Origin: Malacoraja senta
Taxonomy: Eukaryota
Length of the DNA stretch: 64,000 nucleotides
Assembly: GCA_038087875.1 (NCBI GenBank)
Contig: CM075992.1
Span: 5,396,001-5,460,000, forward strand
Direction: 5' to 3'
A program made the position numbers and the translations under genes. The notes under the pieces are model-generated. The model made no database searches and had not been told where the DNA came from. It saw only the letters and a program-made list of their open reading frames with translations. Positions 14,080 through 26,722 of this stretch are shown here, piece after piece; the stretch's first letter is position 1; every line of letters starts with the position of its first letter.

Positions 14080-14880
14080 CAGATTTGGGTGGAGAAATGC
14101 AGATGGAGTTTAAGGTGTTGCACTTTGGGAGGTTGAATATAAGAGAAAAATATGCAATTGATGGCAAGGCACTTAATAGCATTAATGTTTAGAGGGATCG
14201 TTGGGTCCAAGTCCATTACTCCCTAAGAAACACAAGTAGATGGAGTGGCAAAAAGGACATATGGTATGCTTGTTTTCATGGGTTGAGGCATTGAGTATAA
14301 GAATCAGGAAGTCATGATGTAGCTTTATAGGACTTTGGTTAGGCTGCATTTGGTGTCTTGCGTGCAGGTTTGGTCGCCCCATTACAGGAAGGATGTGGAG
14401 GCTTTGGAGAGGGTGCGGAGGAGGTTTATTAAAATGATGCCTGGTTTAGGGGGGTTTTGCTAAAGGGAGAGATTGGACAGAATGGAATTTTTCCCTGCAA
14501 CACCAGAGGTTGATACAAGATCTGATAGAAATAAATAAGATTATGAAAGGCATTGATAGGCTTGACAGTCAGAACCTTTTTCTCAAGATGGAAATATCAA
14601 ATACTAGAGGGCATAGCTTTATGGTGAAAGGAGCAAAGTTTAAAGGAGATGTGCAGGGCATTTACAGAGAAGGCGTTGAGTGCCTGGAACATGCTGCCTG
14701 TGATGGTGGTAGTGGCAGATACAATAGTGGAATTAAAGTAATTTTCAGATAGGCATAATGATATGCAAGAAACAGAGGGATATGGATGATATTTAGGCAG
14801 TTAAGAATTCGTCTTGGCAGCATGTTCAGCACAAACATTGTGGGCCGAAGGACCTGTTAATATGCAGTACTACTGTGTTC
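14080..14880 (+). mobile_element. Old CR1 LINE fragment
   Basis: Degenerate RT C-terminus (NTRGHSF) and a gggccgaaggacctg tail. Confidence 0.75.
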
Positions 14881-17289
14881 TTTGAATGATCTATAGAACT
14901 GTCATGGAGTCATACAGCATGTCCACTGGGACCATTAAGCTACACTAATCACATTTATTTTCCTCTCGCAATGCCATCAACTCTCCCTTGCTCCCACCAA
15001 TTGTTGGAATAAAATATTAAGGAACTGTACTAAATAAAATATATTTATAATTGGTACTTTCCCAGAAAACTAGTACAGGATGTTTCCACACTAACAGCTA
15101 AATTACAAGTGGTATTGTTCAAGTAAAACCACAGTAACCATTCACACGATGCCATGTCCATTTGGATGGGTGTTACACAAAACCGATTACGAAAGAGTTG
15201 TTGAGTCTAATGCATTTAATACGTCAGCTTCTTCATTTTCTCTTTATTAGACTGTGGGTGGGAAGGAGAAAATGAGGGACTAGTATCTTTGGTCTGATCA
15301 ACTACAGTGCGGTTTGCACAGTTTAAAATGTGCCTCCTGATCTAAATGGCCATTTCCTGACATGTGTTCGTTATTCTTGCGAAGGATAGAGAAGGGGAGA
15401 GAAAACAAAAAAATTCACGACCCTAACTTGCTTATGAGTTGAAGAATGTTCCCACAGAGGGCTATGCTGGTGGAACTGAAACATGTGTTTGCGATGTGGA
15501 GATAAAATGAACTGTTGGGAAGCTGCCAAAACGAAAAGCAACCCTCGAAAGGAAAAGAAAGAGACCTTTTTACTTTCAGCAGCACAAGAGCACAAAGTAA
15601 CTTAACTCTTTGGGTTCAGCTAAGTGCGAAGCAGTCGCATGTTTAACTTGCATCTAAATTCTTCATAGTTCATAGGTCTGTGTTTGCTTTTTTGGGTCAT
15701 ATAGTGGTTTTATTGATCACCACAAGACCCCCCCCACCCACAACCTTGACTGAAATGGGAGTATAAAAACATGCATGTAAACAGGTGACAGACATCTAGA
15801 GCTGGTCTCCAGGGTAACGAGTACAGTCTCAGAACTACTGGATGAACATGATTTTTTTTTAAACACTGGTGCTGGAAATCAAATACCTGTAAAATCAGAA
15901 AATGTTCTAAATAATGTTTGAAGTCAAATTTTTTTGACACAGGCTTTTAGATTTGTTTCTCTTTCTGCAGATGCTGCCTGACTTTGATTTATTCGTGGAT
16001 AAGGACGTCAAAAGCTATGGGGAGAAGGGAAAAATAGATCAACTATTATCAAATGCAGGGCAGACTCGATGGGCCGAATGGCCTAAGTCTGCTCCTATGT
16101 CTTATGGATTATGACCTGCCAGTGTCACAGGCATTGGTGTTGTAGATGTTAGCACAATAGTCCACTGACCTGTCTGGAGAACTTCTCCAGAGGCATTGAT
16201 GCTGTTATCTTTTCTAATGGTGCCAACAAGTCACGCATGTTCCACAAATAAGAAGTATAGACAGATACTAGGATCTTGGTGCCACTTTGTAGATCAAGGT
16301 TGTGAAGATACAGCAACACAATTTCCCAAAGGAGGTGTTAGCACAGGATCCCATGCTAGTCCCCAAACACAAACGCTATTCTTCATCAAAAATGCCCATG
16401 CAACATCATCTTGCCCATGCCGTAGCTCACCAAGACTTCTGCTGAACATAATTCACCCTGCGTCGCTGGTACGCTGCCCTAATGTTCTCAACATCATTCC
16501 TCCAAGAGGCATACTAGGGGAGCACAGTGGCACACTCTATAGTCACTGTTGCCTCACGGTTGATCAGAATGTCTGGTGGTGTCTGTGTGGAGTTTGGAGT
16601 CCATGAATTCTTCCCTCCCCACCCCATCCAGGTGCTCTAGTTTCCTTCCATAAAGCAAAGGCATATCAGTTGTGGGGTTCATTGGAGACAATAAAATGCC
16701 TCATTTGTAAATGGGTGGAGGGAGAATGAGGATAGGTATTAAAGGGCATATGTTAAAGAATAGGTTACAGGAAAATAAACGGAGCAATGTAATGGATGGG
16801 ATTATTTCGAGGCCAGGCATAGACTCGATGGGGACAATAATCTCCTTCAACAACATGAGAACATGGAATAATATGAACAATATAGATATTAAATTCCCCT
16901 GAAACCCCATCACGTGCATCCCACTGGTATCAACACCAACGCCACTCAGTCACCTCAGTGAGCCCATTCTTCATTCATGAATCTATCCATGCTTTGCCTT
17001 GCTCTATTTCTCAATCTCCTGAAGCAGTATAGGACAGTGTGCATCCCGGCAATGAATCTTCCCTGACAGAAGAGTCAGTTAAGATGGCGTATTGGACTTG
17101 TCTCATTTCCTTGCATTTGGCCCATATCCCTCTAAATCTAAATCGTTTCCACATATCAGTCCAAATGCCTATTAAAATTCATAATTGTGGCCACTTCTAT
17201 AGGTTTCTCTGGCAGATTGGGTTGGGTTCCAGTTGGATTACTAATGGAGTATTGCGTTTCATTGTGGTCACCACAGTATATGGAGAACC

Positions 17290-17960
17290 CAGAGGTTTAT
17301 TACAATAGATCAAGGGATGAAGGACTTCAAATACAAGAAGTTGGGTCTCTTTTCCTTGGAGCAAACACAGCTGAGATGAGATTTGGTGTGTTTGCTGAGA
17401 TATTAGCATTTATTAGCATTTGGTTCAAGGGCCTGAGGACAAAAATATGTTCCTGGATGGCGGCGAGGGAGGAAGTGAAGGGTGCATGTGTTACACAGGG
17501 ACAAGGTGTCACACCTCCTACAGTTGCAGTGGAAGGTGCATGGAGGCAGGGAAGCAGGGAGGGTGGAATAAACAGGCAAGTGAGGCCCCAAGCAGTTCCT
17601 GCAGAAAGCAGAAAGTGGGGAGAGAAGAGAAGTTGTGACTGGTGGTAGAGTTGCATTGGAGTTGGCAGAAATGGTCAAGAATGATGTGTTGTATGCAGTG
17701 GCTGGTAGGGCGAAAGTTGAGGACCAGGGGAACTCTATTGCCGCCCGTCACCATCCCCTGGGTTTCCCCCCTGCAAGCATAAAAGGTGTAACACCTGTCC
17801 CTTCACCTCCCAACCCGCTGCCCCGCTATAACCAGCAACCTTTCCTGTCCCCTCTCAGTCCTGAAGCAGGGTTTCGACCTGAAATGTCAACTTACATCAT
17901 TTGTCTCCACTGAGTTCTTCCAGAGTTCTGTTTTTGTTTGAGATTCCAAGCTTAGCAGTT
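17290..17960 (-). mobile_element. Degenerate Penelope-like element fragment with inverted pLTR
   Basis: NRVPLVLNF..TSHCIQHII..HF.QLQ and a Cys-rich linker on the minus strand. A pLTR lies on the plus strand at ~17850-17960. Confidence 0.7.
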
Positions 17961-19421
17961 TCTTTTTGGCATCAATGAAATAAAGGGTGAAAAGGTAAAA
18001 CAGTGACTGAAGGGAGTGTTGTTCAGGGGAATTATACTGTGTACCATCTAGTTATACTGGGTGCAACTGACACAACATAAAAATTGCTATCTGAAATAAT
18101 TTCAGTGAAAAAAAAGCTTTTTGTTCGAACCCATTGTTCTGAGATTACAGCAAATTTGCTATGCCTCCCCCTATGATGAATTCAAATTAATATACTTAAG
18201 AATGTGAAAATGAGAGAGCGATTATAGTATTAGAACCAACAAATCAATGTGAGCGGATAATAACAAACAAAACTCCTGGGAAAGCCAAGGACATATTGAG
18301 ACTATTTATTTGTAATAATCTTTTTACTTTCCCATGGGTTCATACAACTGAGAATTATTTAAACGAAATGTTAGCCCTATACTTTTGTAATTAACAACAG
18401 AATACCAGCTGATAGGTTGACCAGTAATTAAGGTAAGGGTTAGGGATTGAGTTAAGAGGCAGGTGATATCTTCTACTCTGGAGTCATTGAGCCCTTTGGC
18501 CCAACTTGTCTGTGCTAGTCCCATTTCATAGAGTCAGTCATACAGCATGGAAAAAGGCCCTTCAGCCCAACTTGTCCATGCTGACCCAGATGCTGCATCT
18601 AAACTAGTCCCATTAACCCATGGTAGACAAAAATGCTGGAGAAACTCAGCGGGTGAGCAGCATCTATGGAGCGAAGGAAATAGGCAAAGTTTCGGGCCGA
18701 AACCCGATGTGAGGGTGGGGGGTGGGGGTGAGAAGAAGAAAGGAAGAGGAGGAGCCGGTGGGCTGAGGGAGAGCTGAGAAGGGGAGGAGAAAGTAAGGAC
18801 TACCTGAAATTAGAGAACCTCCCTCCGATCTCCCCACTAACCCATGTTTGGCCCATATCCCTCTCAACCATTCCTATCAATGAACCTGTCCACGTGTCTT
18901 TTAAATGTTGTTATTGTACCTGTCTCAACCATGTCCTCTGGCAGCACATTCCACCCTCTGTGTGAAAAAAAACATGTAGTATGTTTAGGTATGTTCATTA
19001 GTGTTCAGGGGAAAACCCCAGCAAGCTGGGTGTAAATGAATCCAATGCCATGGATAACCTTAACATCTGATAGATGGTGTGGGAATGGACAGATGAGGCA
19101 GTCGTTGGAGACACGACAGCATCTGGATGAGCAAGCATGTCGAGCACAGCACAGCCTGAGGCAGCTGCACACAGAGAAAGGAACCAGCAACATTATTTGG
19201 AGTAGACCGACCCCTACTTCATCAATATTGCCACACTCTGGCCACTGGGCCTTAAAGTGAGAAAGTAAGAAACTCATATCTCCGAAGGCCAAGATCAGAC
19301 TTGATATTTTCAGAGACTTGATGGATGCAAGATGGCACCTCAGCGTGGCAACTCTTTGCATGCGGTCCTAGATCTAGTATTATCCATTATAATCAATCCA
19401 CAGTTTTGCTTGTGTATGATG

Positions 19422-20458
19422 TAGGTATGTTACAAAACTTACCTTCAGCGGCACTGCAGTTCTGCCACTGCCCGTGTGCGCGACTTTGGCGCCTTTGACA
19501 GGGGGGCGGGTTTAAAATGCGATATTTGTGCAGTCTAATCAAATCGATGTCTGTCAGGCTGTTTAGTCGCTAAAGAAAAATCGCTTCCACTGCCGTTTTA
19601 TTAAGTTTATTAAAATTAGCGCTTTATAATTTAATTGTTGGAGTAAAATTGAAATCATCTTCAAATGCCGTCAACGCCGACAACGGGACGGATCTCACGT
19701 AGGGGACAAGGCAAGGTACGCCGTTTATTTTTTCATATAAACTTGCTTCTTAGGATGCCTTTAATAAAAATTTCAAGTTGCGAAAATGTGATTATGTAAA
19801 TATACGAACCGGCAGTATTTTTCCTGCCGATATTGGGGTTTAATTCACTGCAACCGCAACGTTCCAAACCAGCGCGTTCCACAAAAACCCACTCACAAGA
19901 TGATTTAAATGACCATTAATTTACAGGAATTAAACACTAAATTCCTTCCATTTGGCCTATAAATTCATGACAATGAGATTAAAAAATCATGTTATATTGT
20001 GAATTCTTGTGTGACTGTTATTTGGACACATTCTAAAGAAAATGTTAACCTTTTCTTTAGAAATGGATAGATGTTTAGATCTAGTAATTGAATTTTGTAA
20101 TTAGCTACAATTGGGTAACTATAATTATATGCTTTAATTTCAGGTCATCCAAGTAAGATTGTTTCATATTTGTTTCAGAATGCTTCAATCTATAATAACT
20201 GAACATTTCATTCAGTTCTCTTAATTTTTAAGAAACATGGGCTTTTGACTGTCCTTGATCACAGCTTTTGTGTTAAGTCAATGGAAAAGCAATAGGGAAC
20301 AAGATGCTAATTTCCGAGTATGAAAAAAGCCATAACTTTTTTAATACTGAAGATATGAAAGTGAATTAGGTGTCAAATTAAACTTCTTTTTATGCTTTAT
20401 CTGATGGGATAAATTGCAGACTTGATTTTTAAAATCTCAACATTTTGTAACATTGCTA
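19422..20458. mobile_element. Non-autonomous DNA transposon
   Basis: Imperfect TIRs TAGGTATGTTACAAAA / TTTTGTAACATTGCTA, with TATGATG duplicated at 19415-19421 and 20459-20465. No ORF. Confidence 0.8.
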
Positions 20459-21835
20459 TATGATGTACTCATGTTATAATTTGACAAGATAACACACAAA
20501 ATAAAGCATTTCACAACATGTTAATCTATCTCTCTAACCTAACCTCATTCTCCTGCCTTCTCCCCATAACCTCTGACACCTGTACAAATCAAAAATCTAT
20601 CAATCTCTGCCTTAAAAATATCCACTGACTAGGTCTCTATACAGCCTTCTGTGGCAAGGAATTCAACAGATTCACCACCGTCTGACTAAAGAAATGTCTC
20701 CTCATCTCCTTCCTAAAAGAACGTCCTTTAATTCTGAGGCTATGACCTCTAGTCCTACACTATCCCACTAGTTCTTGCTGCAAGCATGTGGATTTCCTCC
20801 GGGTGTTCCGGTTTCCTCCCAAATCCTAAAGATGTGCGGGTTTGTAGGTTCATTGGCCGCTGTAAATTGCCCCTAGTGCGTAAGAAGTGGATGCGAACGT
20901 GGGATAACATAGATCTAGTGAATGGGTGACTAATGGTAGGCGTGGACTCAATGGGCCAAAGGGCCTGGTTCCATGCCATACTATTAAAAATAGAACTAAA
21001 CATGTGAGAGAGATTAAGTTGTGAGAAAACAAAGAAATGCGAGGGGGAATGATTCTAATGGAAATTGCTGTGTTTAGAGTCTAGTGTGGACTTCAATAGC
21101 CTCCATCTGAGTGATAAATAAGTTACCCACAGGGAGAATGTGCCAACTCCACAAGGACAGCACCAGAGGTCAAGATTGAACACATGTGGCTGGAACTATG
21201 AGGCCACAGCTACACTAGTTGTGCTATCGTGGCATCTACATTCTAGGGCAACACTGAAGAAGGGCAGAAAGGAGATGTACAGATCAGGCCCACATGGCCA
21301 AGATCTCAGAGGAAAAGTTAAGCTGGGCCAGAGAAAGAACAGGGAAAAAGATAGGATGGGGGAACAAGTGGCAGAAGAGAATGTAGGCTACAAGATAATA
21401 ATCTAAAAAGGTTAACAGTAAAGAGCAACGATCGTGGTAAAAGACAAGATAAAGTTAATAATATAAACACCTTGGGAACTGAAACGGTTATAGTCAGGAA
21501 TACTAAAAAAAAGTTAAAATAAAGCAGGTGTGAGGAAACTAAAACATTTTAAATTGTGCGAATGATAATATATTACAACCACAGTGTGAGAACGGCACTA
21601 TCAGGGCATAGGGGGCAGCTTAGGTACTCTTTCCAAAATAAGGGTCCTGTATTGTACACATAGGAATTGCATGGGAATTAAACCAGCTAAGAGGCTTCAA
21701 ATTGCTGAAATGCAATTGTTTTTTTAATGTGTTTTCTGAATGTAGCCATAGCAAAGCCAGCGGAATTACTGCCTTAAATGCCTTGAAACTGCAGAGGATG
21801 AGCTGAATTTGTAAATCCCTGGAGTCACTAAGTCT

Positions 21836-22117
21836 TTAGACATACAGCATGAAAGCAGACCCTTCAGCCTACCGAGTCCGCACCAACCAGTGATCATTCC
21901 ATACTAATACTATCCGACACACACTAGGACTAGGACAAGCTAATAAACTTACAAACCTGTACGTTTTTTGGAGTGCAGGAGAAAACCGGAGCACCCAGAG
22001 GAATCCCACGCGGTCACAGGAAGAATGTACAAACTCCGTACAGACAGCACTCATAGTCAGGTTTGAACCTGGGTCTCTGGTGCTGTAGTGCAGCAGATCT
22101 ACTGCTACACCACCGCC
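21836..22117 (-). mobile_element. HE1/V-SINE
   Basis: Same family head, V-domain and tail. Confidence 0.8.
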
Positions 22118-22343
22118 ATACAGCCCTTTAGCACAACTCATCCATGCTGACCAAATGCCCCATTTGCCTGGACCTGACCCATATTCCTTGAAATCTATTC
22201 ACGCACCTGTCCACATCATGAGGAAGGTATTCTCACGATGCTCCTGAGCAAAGTGTTCGTATTCAGACCCAGTAACATTAAAGTTCAGGCAATACATTTC
22301 CAGGTCAGGATGGCTTGGAAGAGGTGAAAAAGATAAAAGGAAC

Positions 22344-23458
22344 AGGTATTGATGTGGATAGAGAACTGGCTGGCAAACAGGAAGCAAAGAGTAGGAGTAA
22401 ACGGGTCCTTTTCACAATGGCAGGCAGTGACTAGTGGGGTACCGCAAGGTTCAGTGCTGGGACCCCAGCTATTTACAATTTATATTAATGATCTGGATGA
22501 GGGAATTGAAGGCAACATCTCCAAGTTTGCGGATGACACTAAGCTGGGGGGGCAGTGTTAGCTGTGAGGAGGATGCCAGGAGACTGCAAGGTGACTTGGA
22601 TAGGCTGGGTGAGTGGGCAAATGTTTGGCAGATGCAGTATAATGTGGATAAATGTGAGGTTATCCACTTTGGTGGCAAAAACAGGAAAGCAGACTATTAT
22701 CTAAATGGTGGCCGATTAGGAAATGGAGAGATGCAGCGAGACCTGGGTGTCATGGTACACCAGTCATTGAAAGTAGGCATGCAGGTGCAGCAGGCAGTGA
22801 AGAAAGCGAATGGTATGTTAGCTTTCATAGCAAAAGGATTTGAGTATAGGAGCAGGGAGGTTCTACTGCAGTTGTACAGGGTCTTGGTGAGACCACACCT
22901 GGAGTATTGCGTACAGTTTTGATCTCCAAATCTGAGGAAGGACATTATAGCCATAGAGGGAGTGCAGAGAAGGTTCACCAGACTGATTCCTGGGATGTCA
23001 GGACTTTCATATGAAGAAAGACTGGATAGACTTGGCTTATACTCGTTAGAATTTAGGAGATTGAGAGGGGATCTTATAGAAACGTACAAAATTCTTATGG
23101 GGTTGGACAGGCTAGATGCAGGAAGATTGTTCCCGATGTTGGGGAAGTCCAGGACAAGGGGTCACAGCTTAAGGATAAGGGGGAAATCCTTTAAGACCGA
23201 GATGAGGAAAAACTTTTTCACACAGAGAGTGGTGAATCTCTGGAACTCTCTGCCACAGAGGGTAGTTGAGGCCAGTTCATTGGCTATATTTAAGAGGGAG
23301 TTAGATGTGGCCCTTGTGGCTAAAGGGATCAGGGGGTATGGAGAGAAGGCAGGTACGGGATACTGAGTTGGATGATCAGCCATGATCATATTGAATGGCG
23401 GTGCAGGCTCGAAGGGCCAAATGGCCTACTCCTGCACATATTTTCTATGTATCTATGT
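22344..23458 (+). mobile_element. CR1/HER1 LINE, 5'-truncated, RT C-terminal half
   Basis: [25 protein letters not shown] and TRGHSL motifs, with a frameshift and a stop, ending in a tttctatg tail. Confidence 0.95.
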
Positions 23459-23849
23459 AATGTTTCGGGTCGAGAACCTTCTTCAGAAGAAGTAAACGCC
23501 TATAACCTCTTGTCCTAGACCACCTTCTCCAGAAATGCTGTCTGATCTGCTGAGTTACTCCAGCTTTTTGTGTCTATCTTCAGTTTAAACCAGCATCTGC
23601 AGTTCCTTCCTACACATAACAAGATATTTAGTTCATTATATAAATGGACAGGAAAATGCAGTGGACAGAACTACAATATAGACGATGCAATGTGGAAACT
23701 ATTTCAGATGCAAGGTAACTGGTGCAGCCTAACAGTGGACAGGATGGACTCAGTGGCCTCAAGTACAGAGACATACAAAGTCAATGTCATTGTCTTCACA
23801 ATGCACAAATGGAGTCAGTTTTCACTTCATTCAGTATTTGATATCAGAT

Positions 23850-24310
23850 AAGCAGTCACAGGTGGACAATGTGGTCAAGAAGTCTGTTGGTACATTGGCT
23901 TTCATCAGCCAGGTATTGAATATAAACGTTGGGATGTAATGTTACAGTTGTGCAAGATGTTGGCAAGGCCACATTTGGAGTATTGTGTTCTGTTTTGGTC
24001 ATACTGCTGTGGGGAGGATGTTGTTAAGCTGGAAAGGGTACACAGAAGTTTTACGAGGACGTTGCCAGGACTTGAGGGCCTGAACTTTTTCACACAGAGG
24101 GTGGTGGGTATATTGAATGAGCTGCCAGAGGAGTTAGTTGAGACAGGTACTATAACAGCATTTAAAAGACATTTGGACAGGTGCATGGATAGGAAAAGTT
24201 AAGAGGGATATGAGCCAAATATGGGCACATGGGACTAGTGTAGATGGGGCATTTTGGTCAGTATGGGCAAGATGGGCCAAAGGGCTTGTTTCCATGCTAC
24301 ATGGCACTAC
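23850..24310 (+). mobile_element. CR1 LINE fragment with internal deletion
   Basis: RPHLEYCVLFWS joined to FFTQRVV, followed by the CR1 3' tail. Confidence 0.8.
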
Positions 24311-26350
24311 AATTCCATGACTCAGACTGACCATTATAGTTCATTCAGATACAGATTATAAATCAATACTATCTTTCATTCAAACCTGTTTGGGATATTG
24401 TTCTATTCTGTTTGAAACCTGTTTCCGTTCAACCTGTTTGGTTCTATTTGAAAATTGCAATTCCCATTTCATACCTTTGAACAACAAGCATTCAATATGT
24501 AATTCCAATCCACAATGTTACCTGGCACTCACATTGCTCCAGCCAACAGAGCACAATGAAAGGATGGAATCAAAAAGTAAACATAAAGCCTTATTCTAAA
24601 TTATAGAACTTTTTTAAATGCACAGAGGCGTGCAAAGGGGGAAGGTGCTATTCTACAATGCAAACTCTGTTGCCTATGTTGGTTAGGTTACAGGTCGGTG
24701 CTGAGGTTCAGTGAAGTGCAACATCCGACAAATAGTGATGACAGAAAAGCTGCCTAAATTCTCACAGAAACAATGTCCTCCTTTTCATGGTCTAGACAGG
24801 GAAACCTGACAGCAAGGTGTATCAAGGGCAATTAAAGTCCCCATTGGGGCAGCAGATACTGGTCATTGCTGCAAAATTAGATGGTGAGATGTAAAACACC
24901 TGCGTTGGAGGCTTCAACGCAGATATCTGCGATGCTTAGAACAACTACAGTATTTCCACATGTCGATCAGACTTCTGAGAGCAGAGCAGGAAACTTGCAT
25001 GATCAGAGTCAAATAAAGACGCGTAAAAGGATAGGAAGGGGATCGAGGACTTCAGGATTCTGGAGGAGGAAGTTGATGAGGTACAGGATTAGCCATAACC
25101 TTATTGACCAGTGGATCAGGCTCAAGGGTTGAGAGGGCCTGCTCATACTTCCACAAGCAACACTTCTCCACAGAGTCAGAAAGTCTACACTTCCCCACTG
25201 GGACAAAGGCATGCACAAAATCAGAAGGCCCACTCCTCCTCTGTAATTTTAATATTTAAATATGTTTATTGTTAATTTATTCCAGTTTCAACATTTCGTC
25301 AAATGGATAGTAAGTAAGGAGGGGTCTCGACCCGAAACGTCACCCATTCCTTCTCTCCAGAGATGCTGCCTGTCCCACTGAGTTACTCCAGCTTTTTGTG
25401 TCTGTCTTCAGTAAGTAAGGAGCAATCTGAAACGAAAGCAGAGACTGCTGGAAATACACAGCAAGTCAGTCAGAGTGAAGAATGTAAGTGTGGTGCGTAT
25501 TGTGAAAGCAAGGCTTCCTATCTGTAAAACCTAAACATTCTTGCTATTTTCAACAGACATTTTTTCTTCCTCCCAGGGAAGTCATCAATTTTCCTTGGAA
25601 CGTCCTTCCATTTTGTGGATTTAGAACATTCTTTCAAGATTTTGCACATGTCCACAGGAAAATAGGTCTGTAAAAGACATCCTGATTTGTTATAAAGTCA
25701 CAAGTGATAGGAGTAAAATTAGGCCATTCAGCCCATCAAGTCTACTCTGCCATTCAATCATGGCTGGACTATCCCTCCCTCCTAACCCCATTCTCCTGCC
25801 TTCCCCCCATAAAACTTGACATCCGACTGAAATTTGTGCAGTGTAAGTGCGAGGCTTTTCTCCTCTGGTAGCTCCAGACTGATTTTACATTGCAATACTA
25901 GATTCTGTTGCAAATGCCAGGAAAACTTTACAGAGCCTTGGCACATCACACCAATGGACCATGCAACACTCATAATAATTTTAACAACATAGTGTGCAGC
26001 AAATCTGTAAAATAGCTAATTGCACTGTCTCACAATAGTCAGCAATATAATTGTCTATTTCTCAACTAGCCTGGGCATGAAAGAATGAGACACAATGTTT
26101 TATTTATTTTGGAAATGTAAAGGGAACAAAATTGTGACCATACGCATCCATTTGCAAATTAACTTGTCAATACTCTCAATTGCATTGAATTAATTTGAAA
26201 TGAAAGATATAGCATGGAAAAAGAACCTTCGGCCCACTGAGCCCATGCCAACCATCGATCACATGTCCTCTAGTTCTACGTTACCCCCACGTTTCCATAT
26301 GTCTTCACACACTAGAGTAGAGGCAATTAATCATTCAAACTCACATGTTT

Positions 26351-26722
26351 TTGAAACATATAAGATTGTTAAGGGTTTGGACACACTAGAGGCAGGAAAC
26401 ATGTTCCCGATGTTGGGGGAGTCCAGAACCAGGGGCCATAGTTTAAGAATAAGGAGTGAGCCATTTAGAACGGAGACAAGGAAACACTTTTTCCTCACAG
26501 AGTCAGTGGAATTCTCTGCCTCAGAGGGCGGTGGAGGCAGGTTCTCTGGATGCTTTCAAGAGAGAGCTAGATAGGGCTCTTAAAAATAGCAGAGTCAGGG
26601 GATATGGGGAGAAGGCAGGAACGGGGTACTGATTGGGGATGATCAGCCATGATCGCATTGAATGGCGGTGCTGGCTCGAAGGGCCAAATGGCCTACTCCT
26701 GCACCTATTGTCTATTGTCTAT
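26351..26722 (+). mobile_element. CR1 3' fragment inserted into a minus-strand SINE
   Basis: ETYKIVKGLD...SRTRGHSLRI with a (ctattgt)n tail. SINE halves flank it at ~26205-26350 and ~26725-26865. Confidence 0.8.

Noticed and set aside
15360..15600. Possible exon in unique DNA (either strand)
   Set aside because: Only one convincing splice site per strand and no recognisable peptide.
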